Source: a bacterium
GTDB taxonomy: Bacteria; Patescibacteriota; Minisyncoccia; JAUYLV01
Direction: 5' to 3'
DNA length: 64,000 nucleotides
NCBI GenBank assembly: GCA_030649025.1
Contig: JAUSGO010000004.1
Location: forward strand, 6,824-70,823
The notes under the pieces are model-generated. The model had not been told where the DNA came from. It saw nothing but the letters and a program-made list of their open reading frames with translations, and searched no databases. Position 1 is the first letter of the stretch; every line of letters begins with the position of its first letter. Below are positions 19,322 to 28,321 of the stretch, piece after piece. Made by a program: the position numbers and the translations under genes.

Positions 19322-19355
19322 ATGCCACCTTGCCAAGGTGGAGAAACGGGTTCAA
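19322..19355. repeat. 34-bp exact copy of the tRNA-Gly anticodon-arm-to-T-loop segment (ATGCCACCTTGCCAAGGTGGAGAAACGGGTTCAAT)
   Basis: Identical to 17128-17161 inside the tRNA-Gly. It ends exactly at the T-loop, where the fragment at 17293 begins. Confidence 0.85.
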
Positions 19356-19435
19356 TAAAATGTTCGTAGGCGACGACTGCTTGACTTTGAGATAAATCTT
19401 GCTAGGATAAGGATGACTTTACGGAGGCAAGAAAG

Positions 19436-19705
19436 ATGATACAACTGTTACTGCTTGGGCTCGGATCGTTTATTGTTGTAGCGCTGCTGGTTTTGGTCGG
19501 TCTGAAAATTGGATTGAAAATCGGGGGTTCTTTTTTGAACTTCCTCATGGTTTTTCTGCTCTTCGCGCTTAGTGTTGTTGGAACAGTCGCTCTTTACCAC
19601 CCACACATTCTGTACTTTCTTTACTTCCTTGCTTTTGTTCCGTCGCTTTTTGGAGCGGTCTTGGGCATCGGATGGAAGCTATTACGGGGACAATCCGCAC
19701 AATAA
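19436..19705 (+). CDS. small hydrophobic membrane protein (hypothetical)
   Basis: 89 aa, two predicted TM helices; SD ggagg 9 nt upstream; putative -35 TTGACT upstream. Confidence 0.5.
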   Translation: MIQLLLLGLGSFIVVALLVLVGLKIGLKIGGSFLNFLMVFLLFALSVVGTVALYHPHILYFLYFLAFVPSLFGAVLGIGWKLLRGQSAQ

Positions 19706-19712
19706 GATTTCA

Positions 19713-19745
19713 CGGTGGCAATTTTTGCCACCTTTCTTTTTGCGC
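19713..19745 (+). terminator. rho-independent terminator (ggtggcaatttttgccacc + tttcttttt)
   Basis: Perfect 6-bp stem followed by a T-run. Confidence 0.55.
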
Positions 19746-19810
19746 ACCTGCCAGCGCAAAGACGATTCAGAACGGCGCCCCCGCACGCCTTATCGATTTT
19801 TTACGCGCTT

Positions 19811-22800
19811 TTAGGACGGGTCCATCAAAGCGCGCAAGCGGCAGAATTCGCAGTCTTTTTCATCGCACCGCCGGTTCCAGAATTTCAAGTGCGTGATTTC
19901 ATCGGCAACGCGCTCAATGGTCTCTATCAACTCTTTTTTTTCTGCTTCGGTAATCTCAAACAGCTCTCGCCGATACTTACCCCGCTCATCCGGCTCCAGA
20001 AAATCAATAATGCCGGCTTTCATGTGATATGTTTTTTCGGGCTTCAAATCGAGAAGTAATTTGTAGAATACAAGTTGTCGCTTATATTGGCCACTCCGCT
20101 TGTCCCGGGTTTTGCCTTCTATCCAATTGCGGCTCTGGGGTTGTTTGGTTTTGTAGTCCACTACAGCCACGCTTCTTCCGTCGGCATCCAGCTCCAACTT
20201 ATCAAGGTTTCCGGTAAGTTTGATGTCTTTACCGAGCAACACTCCCGGTACCCTGAATTCGTTTATGGTCTGGGCGCTCCATGTCTCGTGCCAGGCATCA
20301 AAGTACCCTCCGAGCGACACGCCTCCTTTTTTTATAAGCGCCTCTTTGTCGCGTCTGCCAAGAGCCTTGTGGGCCATGTCTTGTCGGAATGCATCGAGTA
20401 AAAAATTCTTGTTCGTGTCCTTTCCCTGATTTCTTGCGTCAAAAAACATCTGCAAAGCTTTGTGCGCAGCAATGCCATATATTTGGAGCGATGTCGGGGA
20501 GGAGAACCAGCGCAGCAAATTCTGATAAAAAAATCGCCACGGACACGACAGATAGTTATTGAGCGCTGTCGCATTCAGTCCTCGCTTCCTGAAAATTTCC
20601 GAGAAATATTCTCTTCCGGGTGCCGCAAGTTCGTGCGGTGGAGCCATAAACGCCTCTCTTCTCTCCGAGAATGCTTTTTCAAACTCATCTCCGGCGTGCG
20701 CCTCGCGCAGATTCTCCCGTATTTCTTCTATGAATTGGCTCGGGACAAGCTCTCTGCCATCGGAAGAGGTCTGGCTATAAGTAATACACGAGACGCGTTT
20801 TGCTCGGGTAAGCGCCATGTAAAAAAGCCTTCGCTCGTCCTCGTTTTTCTCCATTTCTGAAACGTCCGACACCGTCCGGAACGGAAGTTCAAAATATTTG
20901 CGCGACCGCTTATTGCCCCAGTGGCCGTCCGATGCCCCGACAATGAACACCGCTTCAAATTCCAGTCCCTTGGCTTTGTGCGCGGTCATCAGGCGCACCG
21001 CCTCCTCAAGACGCGCGCCGCGTTCTCTGATCGTAGCTCCATGCGAGCGTAGCACCTCCAGATATTCCATGAGATCGCGCAATGCGGCGTCCTGGTGGTT
21101 TTCGGATATCTTTTTTACTTCATCAAAAAACGCGCCGACAGCTTCCATGTTTTTGGCATAATTGCCGTGTTTGAGTGCGTGCTCGAGAAATCCGGACTCA
21201 CGCATGAGCCTGGAGATGAATTTCGCAAGTTCCTCGTTCTCGCTCTGTTGTTTCCAGCGTGCCAATTTCTCGTACAAATCTTTGATTTTTGCCGGTTCGC
21301 GAACGCCAAGCATATCCAAATTCTCTGATCCAGAAACCAGCATCCAAAGCGATACGCGCTTCTCGTCATCCGTGGCGCGGATGAGTCGGTAGATATCCAT
21401 GGGGTCGAGTGCCAAAAAATCAATGTGTAGAATTCGTGCCAGCGCCTCGTCTTCTCCAAAGCGCCAGATCGCATTGCATAAGGCCACGAGTTTCATGATA
21501 AGGCGATTGGCCAGCACGTTTCGGTCCGACTCGATGACAAAAGGTATGTTTTGCGCGGCAAAAAAATCGGCGATGGGCAGCGCATCCCTATTCTCGCGAT
21601 ATAGTATCCCCATATTCTTCCAGGGAACGCCTTGGGAAAAGAGCTCCTTTACACGTCCGGCAAGAAAAAGAAGTTCTGCCTCCGGCAACGAGAACTTCCA
21701 GACCTGTACAAGATCCTTCCCCTTTTTTTCTGCCGCCTGAAGCGAGCCTCGCCTTAGAGGGCGGGCGGCTCGCAGGGGGAGCGACAGCACCGCTTTGTTC
21801 TTTTCTATGAGCGATTGCGCCGAATCCAGGATGGTCTGCGTAGAGCGGTAATTTTCTTCCAGTGAAATGAACTTTGCATCCGCGTATTTATTCTTAAAGT
21901 AAAGAAAATTGTCGAGCGATGCTCCCTGGAACCGGAAAATCGCCTGCTTTTCATCTCCCACCACAAAGAGGTTCGGGTTCGGATAGAAACTTGCCAAAAG
22001 CTCGAGCACTTTGTTCTGGGCACCGTTGGTATCCTGATGCTCGTCAACGAGGATATACTGATAACGTTCCTGCAGTTCTAGCAGAAAATTCTTGTCCGAC
22101 TCCATGGCCTTTATGGTTTCCAGGATCATGTCGTCGAAATCATACAACTTCCGCGTCCGCAGCACTTCCTGATACCGGACGTATATTTCGGAAAGCTCTT
22201 TGTTCCGGTTCAGCTTTTCCAGCCGTCTTTGTGCCGAACCCTTCATTTCATTCTTGTATTTCCCTTTGGTGTGGTGCAGATCGTCGCGCGACTCAAACTC
22301 CTCTTTCTCCCTTTTTACCAATTCGGCAAACGCGTCGAGACCGAATCCTTCTCGCTTGATGTCTTTGATGGCCTTGAGAATTTCCGGTACATAGTAGAAT
22401 TTCTCCGCGAACGGCCGGAGGTTCGTCCAAGAACCTTCTTCGATGATAGCGCGCAGGATGGCCATGGCATCGGCGGGCATGCAGTGTCTGCCGCCCATAA
22501 TAGCCGGATATTTTTCCGGATATTGCTGGATAAGCGCGTTGCAAAACCCATGGAACGTTCCGATGCGGACGTAATAGCCGCGGCTGCCGATAAGCGCAAC
22601 AAGCCTGCGGCGCATGTTCGCGGAAGCAGCTTCGGTGAAGGTGAGCGCCAGGATCGCTTCGGCGGGCGTGTCGGTGCGGGCTAAAATATTGGCAATGCGG
22701 AGCGTCAAGATCTGTGTTTTGCCAGTACCGGGTCCGGCGACAACCATGACGGGTCCTTCAATGTTTTCCACCGCCTCGCGTTGCCGGGGATTTAGTTTTT

Positions 22801-22870
22801 GCATCTCCGTTTCAAAGGGGGTCATGTTGTCGGATGTTACACCTCTCTCCATAGTAGTATAGAGCAGCAA
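19811..22870 (-). CDS. UvrD/PcrA-type SF1 helicase fused to a C-terminal Cas4/AddB-like PD-(D/E)xK nuclease with a 4-Cys Fe-S site
   Basis: N-terminal LNPRQREAV...VVAGPGTGKTQ (Walker A) and UvrD motifs. C-terminal CPWRFF first-Cys motif, VVDYKT nuclease core, terminal C-x4-C-x2-C (RRCDEKDCEFC). 1019 aa. Confidence 0.85.
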   Translation of the reverse strand: MLLYTTMERGVTSDNMTPFETEMQKLNPRQREAVENIEGPVMVVAGPGTGKTQILTLRIANILARTDTPAEAILALTFTEAASANMRRRLVALIGSRGYYVRIGTFHGFCNALIQQYPEKYPAIMGGRHCMPADAMAILRAIIEEGSWTNLRPFAEKFYYVPEILKAIKDIKREGFGLDAFAELVKREKEEFESRDDLHHTKGKYKNEMKGSAQRRLEKLNRNKELSEIYVRYQEVLRTRKLYDFDDMILETIKAMESDKNFLLELQERYQYILVDEHQDTNGAQNKVLELLASFYPNPNLFVVGDEKQAIFRFQGASLDNFLYFKNKYADAKFISLEENYRSTQTILDSAQSLIEKNKAVLSLPLRAARPLRRGSLQAAEKKGKDLVQVWKFSLPEAELLFLAGRVKELFSQGVPWKNMGILYRENRDALPIADFFAAQNIPFVIESDRNVLANRLIMKLVALCNAIWRFGEDEALARILHIDFLALDPMDIYRLIRATDDEKRVSLWMLVSGSENLDMLGVREPAKIKDLYEKLARWKQQSENEELAKFISRLMRESGFLEHALKHGNYAKNMEAVGAFFDEVKKISENHQDAALRDLMEYLEVLRSHGATIRERGARLEEAVRLMTAHKAKGLEFEAVFIVGASDGHWGNKRSRKYFELPFRTVSDVSEMEKNEDERRLFYMALTRAKRVSCITYSQTSSDGRELVPSQFIEEIRENLREAHAGDEFEKAFSERREAFMAPPHELAAPGREYFSEIFRKRGLNATALNNYLSCPWRFFYQNLLRWFSSPTSLQIYGIAAHKALQMFFDARNQGKDTNKNFLLDAFRQDMAHKALGRRDKEALIKKGGVSLGGYFDAWHETWSAQTINEFRVPGVLLGKDIKLTGNLDKLELDADGRSVAVVDYKTKQPQSRNWIEGKTRDKRSGQYKRQLVFYKLLLDLKPEKTYHMKAGIIDFLEPDERGKYRRELFEITEAEKKELIETIERVADEITHLKFWNRRCDEKDCEFCRLRALMDPS

Positions 22871-22910
22871 AAAGAAAAATACGCTGCAATTTGTGCAACG
22901 TATGTTCGAG

Positions 22911-24191
22911 TTAAGACGGCTTCACGATAACCGTTACGAATTTTTCTGGTTTCAGCGTTTGCGCGCGAAGCGCCTCGACCTCTTCAAGAGTGATAGAAGA
23001 GATAATTTTGCGTTGTCGCGGGAAGTAGCGCTCCAAACTTTTGAGCGGCCAGTGTTTTTGTGCTGTGCCAAGAATATGTCCTGACCAGTCTTCCAGTTTC
23101 TCCGGCGTGAGCATATGCAGGTCGTCAAGCGACTCCTGTACTTCCTCGAAAGTGCTTTGATCTTGCAGGGGCGTAAAGACCGAGCTCTCAATAAGTTCCC
23201 GGACCGTATCAATGCGCGAAGAGAGGGTTTCCACATAGGCCGCGAAATAGTAGCCAAGCGGATGGGCGCCCGATATTCCGCCCCATAACGCATATGCAAA
23301 ACCTCTTTTCTCTCGCACCTCGTTCCATAACCGCGACGTCTGGCCGCTCACCAAAAGCCGCATCAAGAACGTTGACATCTGACGCGTCCGCTCGTTCTTG
23401 AAGATGGGAAACTTGCAACCAAAAAGCAGGGTTGCCTTTTCGCTTTTAGGCCGCTCAATAACAACCTCCTGCTTTTCGGGCAGCACTCCGTACTCGTCGT
23501 TCCATGCATTGTGCAGCACGTGCCCGCGTGGCAGAGCAAGGTGTTTTTCCAGTAGCGAGAGGACCTGGTCGTGGCGGACGTCCCCGATGGCAAGCGCGAT
23601 GGTGTTTTTCGGGACAAACCACTTCGCCTTCTCGCGCAGAAGATCTTCCCTGGTAACATTCTGGACTCCTGAGGGCGAGCCTACGCCATGAATGCGCAGA
23701 GGATTTTCCCGCCAGAGCTCCTTCCAGAGCGCAATGTAGGCGAGGTAGTTGTCTTCGTCGTGGTCGCGCGCTATCTCATTGAGCACGACCTCTTTTTCTC
23801 TTTCAACCTCTTCGACGGGGAATCGGGAGTTGCAGTAGATATCGCACATCAGATCACACAAGAGCGGAAATTTTCTTGCGATCGCTTCTCCCTCAAATCC
23901 TATCTCAATGTGCCCGGTATGGGCATTGCGCTCAAGTAAATTCCGTCGAATGAAGGAGTTAATATCCGCAATGCTTCTTCTGGCAGTTCCTTTGAACGCC
24001 ATATGTTCAAAATAATGGAAAAGCCCTTTTTTGCCGGGTGGGTCATAAGCAGACCCTACTCCCGCGACCAGTTCTAGATGCGTTTTTTTTGAAGGAACGC
24101 GGCAGGAGATGATGCGCAGGCCGTCATCACGAACCGTTTCTTGGATTTTCATGAACCACCCCCGTATGCTTGCCAGCCCAGTATGGACCAT
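22911..24191 (-). CDS. M16-family (pitrilysin/insulinase-like) zinc peptidase
   Basis: Inverted zinc motif HYFEHMAFKGT (HxxEH). The start may be the internal MKIQETV. Confidence 0.8.
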   Translation of the reverse strand: MVHTGLASIRGWFMKIQETVRDDGLRIISCRVPSKKTHLELVAGVGSAYDPPGKKGLFHYFEHMAFKGTARRSIADINSFIRRNLLERNAHTGHIEIGFEGEAIARKFPLLCDLMCDIYCNSRFPVEEVEREKEVVLNEIARDHDEDNYLAYIALWKELWRENPLRIHGVGSPSGVQNVTREDLLREKAKWFVPKNTIALAIGDVRHDQVLSLLEKHLALPRGHVLHNAWNDEYGVLPEKQEVVIERPKSEKATLLFGCKFPIFKNERTRQMSTFLMRLLVSGQTSRLWNEVREKRGFAYALWGGISGAHPLGYYFAAYVETLSSRIDTVRELIESSVFTPLQDQSTFEEVQESLDDLHMLTPEKLEDWSGHILGTAQKHWPLKSLERYFPRQRKIISSITLEEVEALRAQTLKPEKFVTVIVKPS

Positions 24192-24252
24192 AAAATCTCA
24201 TTGTCAATCATTCATTCTTGTTCAAAATTCTCTTACTGGGTATACTCAAACA

Positions 24253-25575
24253 GTGAAATTGGATAAAAACTTTTTAAAAGATACGCTTATATCGTCGAGG
24301 GGCATTCTTGTCGGCACAACATTCGCAAGTTATGTTCTCGGTCTTCTGCGCGACCGGCTTTTTGCGCATACCTTTGGCGCGGGACAGGAGTTGGACGCTT
24401 ACCAGGCGGCTTTTTTACTTCCGGATTTTCTTTTGAATTTTTTGATCGCCGGGGGGCTTGCTGCGGCGTTTGTGCCGCTCTTTCTTGAAGCGAAATCAAA
24501 AGATCCGAAACAGGCTATACTGTTTGCCAGAACAATAACCACGATCTCCGCGCTTTTAATGCTTGGGGTTGGCGCGCTGCTTTTCATCTTTGCGCCCTAT
24601 CTTGCGACACTCGTTGCTCCCGGGTTCGGCGCAGAAAACCATATACTTCTGGTGCGTCTCGTGCGCGTGCTTGCGTTTTCTCCCACGATATTTGCGGCGT
24701 CAAACGCCTTGGGCGGCATTCTTGTCGCCGAAAATCGATTTCTCACCTATGGACTTGCACCGGTGTTCTATAACGCGGGCATTATCGTAGGAACATTCTT
24801 TCTCGCGCCCCATTTTGGTATTTTGGGCGTTGCATACGGCACCATAGGCGGCGCCCTACTGCATCTTGCCGTTCGACTTTTGGAACTTAAAACATTGCGC
24901 TTTCCCATCCGCCCCGCGTTCCACATGAAACTTCCCCAATTCATTCCGTTTTTACGCCTGTCCCTTCCTAAAATGTTCGGTCACCCTGTGGAGATGGCAA
25001 CATTTTGGGGATTTACCGCGCTTGCCTCGACTCTGCCAAGCGGCAGTATCGCAATATTGAACTTCGCGAGAAATTTTCAAAGCGTTCCCATAAGCCTTAT
25101 CGGTATCTCGTTTGCGACGGTGTCGTTTTCGCTTCTTGCCAAGGCCCACGCCGAGAAAGACCGCGATCGATTCAATGCCGAGCTTAATCGTACGATGCGG
25201 CATATCGTGATGTTGAGCGTGCTTGCGGCACTAGGCATGTTTTTTTTCCGAAACCTCATTATCTCGCTTCTCATCGGCGGGGGATCGTTTGACGAGCATG
25301 CAGTGCGTGAAACTGCGCTGCTGCTTGGCGCGTTCACCCTCTCGATTCCCTTTGAAGCCGTAAGCCATCTGCAGGCGCGCGCGTTTTATGCGGCGAAAAA
25401 TACACTTTTACCTGTTTTGGCGGGCGCATTCAATCTCATAATCTCCGTTTTTTGCGCATGGATGCTTATTGGTACATTCGGGCTTTTGGCCCTTCCGCTT
25501 GGGTATGCGATAGGAACCCTTGCAAAAGTCATTGTCCTTGGCATTCTTTTGCCAAGACAACTTAAGAATATTTAA
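24253..25575 (+). CDS. murJ: lipid II flippase MurJ (MviN family)
   Basis: Multi-TM protein with a typical MurJ N-terminus SRGILVGTTFASYVLGLLRDRLFAHTFGAG. Start placed at the GTG, since the longer track ORF overlaps the divergent M16 gene. Confidence 0.8.
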   Translation: MKLDKNFLKDTLISSRGILVGTTFASYVLGLLRDRLFAHTFGAGQELDAYQAAFLLPDFLLNFLIAGGLAAAFVPLFLEAKSKDPKQAILFARTITTISALLMLGVGALLFIFAPYLATLVAPGFGAENHILLVRLVRVLAFSPTIFAASNALGGILVAENRFLTYGLAPVFYNAGIIVGTFFLAPHFGILGVAYGTIGGALLHLAVRLLELKTLRFPIRPAFHMKLPQFIPFLRLSLPKMFGHPVEMATFWGFTALASTLPSGSIAILNFARNFQSVPISLIGISFATVSFSLLAKAHAEKDRDRFNAELNRTMRHIVMLSVLAALGMFFFRNLIISLLIGGGSFDEHAVRETALLLGAFTLSIPFEAVSHLQARAFYAAKNTLLPVLAGAFNLIISVFCAWMLIGTFGLLALPLGYAIGTLAKVIVLGILLPRQLKNI

Positions 25576-25655
25576 ATTTTTTTCTCGGATTTTGAGCGCA
25601 GAATTTGTCAGCAATAAAACCCGGCCATTGGTGATGGTCGGGCGTTTAGTACACC

Positions 25656-26759
25656 TCAGAATTGTGTGATGATGAGCACCCAGTCGTTCACGTACTCGTC
25701 ACGCAGTGTTCCGTTGGCGTCCTTTGTGGCACGGATAGCAAACACCTTCCAGGTGTTCTTAATGTGTTCCATGAGTAGGCGGTTGAATGTTTCGTCTCCC
25801 GGACTTGAGAAGATGTGCGTGTCTTCAATGTTGCCGCCCAGTGAGACCTTCAGAGCAAAATACATCGTTTTCCCTCGAAATTTTCGAATAGCTCTGTTTA
25901 GCTCCCGGTTTTGTGTATCGGCCGGAGGATCAGGACGGCTGAAAACAAAAGCTCTTGTGTCGCTTCTGCCTCTTCCGAAACCCGCGCCGATGCCGCCGCC
26001 CTCTCCACCGCCCGTCCCGCCGCCGCTGCCGGGGCCGTAACCGCCGCCGCTGCCGGGGCCTATGCCCGTCCCAGTGCCCGCGCCGATACCACCCGCAGAT
26101 CCCTCGCCATCGGAAGTGGGATTGGGTATGGGGGCCATGGCATCTCCCACAGTATCGGGAAGTGCGGGAATGGGAATTTGTGATGCGTCAATTGAGCCCT
26201 GCAAAGAAGGAGGTTCGGGAATATCCGGATCTATATTCGGCGATGCAACGGAAGGCACGACAATCTGCGCCCGCTTAATGTCGGGAAGTTTTCCGGCAGA
26301 GGGCGGCTTGGGAGAATTTTTCCCTCCGCCTCCGCCGCCTCCGCCAATATCCGTCGAATCCATTTTTGGCATGTAAAGCAGGATGTACGGCGGACGGGTT
26401 TCGGCAACCATCGGTCTTTTTTGGGTCTTGCGGCCCATGAGCATCGCCAAGAGCACGACAATGGTTATGGTCATCGGATAGACCAAGCAAGTCGTTGCAA
26501 GCTGCGCTACCCATCTGTGACGGTTTTCTTTTTCTACCTGGACGACAAGATTTGTCGTCGGTTCGCAAATGCCCAGCGTGATAATGCAGGTGTTTCGATG
26601 TATATTCGTGTTTTCAAGTAGCCGCTCGACACTTCTCAAGGAAGCACGATCGGCTAAGTTTCGCATTATTTTGAGAAACACCGATGCGCCCTCCTTGTGA
26701 GATTGATGTGGATGTCGCATATCGTAGCACCATAACCGGCTATTGACAAGTTTTTCCAT
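25656..26759 (-). CDS. membrane-anchored Gly/Pro-rich protein with a TonB-C-like C-terminal domain (hypothetical)
   Basis: TM segment LVYPMTITIVVLLAMLMG, poly-Gly and Pro-rich low-complexity tracts, and a C-terminal ~90 aa loosely TonB-C-like. Start uncertain. Confidence 0.45.
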   Translation of the reverse strand: MEKLVNSRLWCYDMRHPHQSHKEGASVFLKIMRNLADRASLRSVERLLENTNIHRNTCIITLGICEPTTNLVVQVEKENRHRWVAQLATTCLVYPMTITIVVLLAMLMGRKTQKRPMVAETRPPYILLYMPKMDSTDIGGGGGGGGKNSPKPPSAGKLPDIKRAQIVVPSVASPNIDPDIPEPPSLQGSIDASQIPIPALPDTVGDAMAPIPNPTSDGEGSAGGIGAGTGTGIGPGSGGGYGPGSGGGTGGGEGGGIGAGFGRGRSDTRAFVFSRPDPPADTQNRELNRAIRKFRGKTMYFALKVSLGGNIEDTHIFSSPGDETFNRLLMEHIKNTWKVFAIRATKDANGTLRDEYVNDWVLIITQF

Positions 26760-26821
26760 ATAGCTATACTAGAAGGGTACAAGCCGCCTTAATAAAGGGT
26801 GGTTTTTTGATTAAGAAATTT

Positions 26822-26930
26822 AAAAATCAAAGATCAAAAATCAAAATTAAGGAGTGAAAATTTTTCTTCAAAAAACTTTCACGATACTCCAAAATTTTGC
26901 ATTTTGAGATTTGCATTTTGAATTTTACTA
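26822..26930. repeat. ~110-nt intergenic repeat element, copy A (before nusA)
   Basis: About 85% identical to 50869-50995. Contains ATCAAAA tandems, AAGGAG, a hairpin GTGAAA..TTTCAC and TTTTGCATTTTGAG x2. Confidence 0.85.
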
Positions 26931-26932
26931 CC

Positions 26933-28306
26933 GTGGATCAAAAACAATTTCTTTCGGCGCTTACGCAGATATCCGAAGAAAAGGGCATATCGCGGGAACG
27001 CGTTATTGAAACAATAGAAATGGCTGTCGCCGCGGCCTATAAGCGCGAATATGGCCGCAGAGGACAGATCGTGCGGGCAAAAATGGATCCCGAAACGGGC
27101 GTGATGTCATTCACGCAGGTGAAGTTGATTGTGGAACCCTCAATGCTAAAAACAGAGGAAGAGATTGCCCAGGAGGAAAAAGAAGCGACGGAACGCATTG
27201 CCGCGGCTGCGACGGCAACGCCGGAGGAAAAAAGACTTCAAAAGAAGCGGGAAATGGAGGCCGAAGAACTACTCGAGAAAATTCCCGAATCGGAAGAGGA
27301 GAAAAAAATAAGATTCAATCCCGAGAAGCACATTCTTCTGGAAGATGCCCGGAAAGAAAATAAGGATATTCAGGTCGGCGAAGAGTTTATTACTTCGCTC
27401 GAGACGCATTCGGATTTCGGGCGCATTGCGGCCCAGACCGCAAAACAGGTTATTATCCAGCGCATCCGCGAAGCCGAACGAGATGCGATATTTGCCGAGT
27501 ATAAGGGAAAGGAATGGGAACTGGTGAGCGGTATTGTGCAGCGCATTGAAGGACAGAGTGTTTTTGTGGACCTTGGCAAAACCATCGCAACGCTTTTCCC
27601 CGAGGATCAGCTGCCCACGGAAAACTATCGCATAGGCCAGCGCTTGAGATTCCTGCTCATCAGGGTTGAAATGACGCCCAGAGGCCCCTTGGTACTGCTT
27701 TCCCGGTCGCATCCCATGGTGCTTCGCAAGCTCTTCGCCCTGGAAGTTCCCGAAATAGCCGCAGGAACCGTGGAGATCAAGTCTATAGCGCGCGAAGGCG
27801 GCTCACGAACAAAGGTGGCGGTGGCGTCAAAAGAAGAAGGCATTGATCCCATCGGTTCCTGCGTCGGACAGCGCGGCACGAGAGTGCAGACGGTCATTAA
27901 CGAGATCGGCGGAGAAAAAATAGATATCGTCGAGTGGTCCGAGAATCCGGAAGTGTTCGTTGCCCACGCGCTTTCCCCCGCAAAAGTTCTCGATGTAACG
28001 CTCTTTCCGGACGAGCGCAAGGCGATAGTGGAGGTGCCGCCGGACCAGCTTTCGCTTGCCATCGGGCAGAAAGGACAAAACGTGCGGCTTGCCGCAAAAC
28101 TAACCGGCTGGAAAATAGATATCAAAGGCGCGGAATTACCGGCGGAGGCAAGCGTTGAAGAAGACGTCGCGACAGAAGGCGACGCCCAAGAGGCCACGCT
28201 CTCTGAGCCCGAGACAGAAACGCCCGCTTCGCAAAGCGCTTCTTCGGCAAGCGAAGAAATTCAGCCAGCCGCGGAAGAGAAGGTAACAGATGCGGCAAAG
28301 GAATAA
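26933..28306 (+). CDS. nusA: transcription termination/antitermination factor NusA with an acidic C-terminal tail
   Basis: S1, KH and acidic domains; ...ISEEKGISRERVIETIEMAVAAAYKRE. GTG start chosen because the preceding 36 nt belong to the non-coding repeat; the track ORF starts at 26897. Confidence 0.9.
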   Translation: MDQKQFLSALTQISEEKGISRERVIETIEMAVAAAYKREYGRRGQIVRAKMDPETGVMSFTQVKLIVEPSMLKTEEEIAQEEKEATERIAAAATATPEEKRLQKKREMEAEELLEKIPESEEEKKIRFNPEKHILLEDARKENKDIQVGEEFITSLETHSDFGRIAAQTAKQVIIQRIREAERDAIFAEYKGKEWELVSGIVQRIEGQSVFVDLGKTIATLFPEDQLPTENYRIGQRLRFLLIRVEMTPRGPLVLLSRSHPMVLRKLFALEVPEIAAGTVEIKSIAREGGSRTKVAVASKEEGIDPIGSCVGQRGTRVQTVINEIGGEKIDIVEWSENPEVFVAHALSPAKVLDVTLFPDERKAIVEVPPDQLSLAIGQKGQNVRLAAKLTGWKIDIKGAELPAEASVEEDVATEGDAQEATLSEPETETPASQSASSASEEIQPAAEEKVTDAAKE

Positions 28307-28321
28307 ATTAGGGGGTGGTCT

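Noticed and set aside
17104-19355. Integrated prophage or integrative element with its own integrase at the tRNA-Gly locus
   Set aside because: tRNA fragments are present, but no integrase, transposase, excisionase or phage structural gene is found in or next to the segment. It was kept as a scar or remnant finding rather than a mobile_element feature.
25911-26376. Plus-strand ORFs rich in Pro/Ala/Arg (25911-26183, 25955-26278, 26062-26376)
   Set aside because: They are mirror frames of the Gly-rich low-complexity region of the minus-strand membrane protein.
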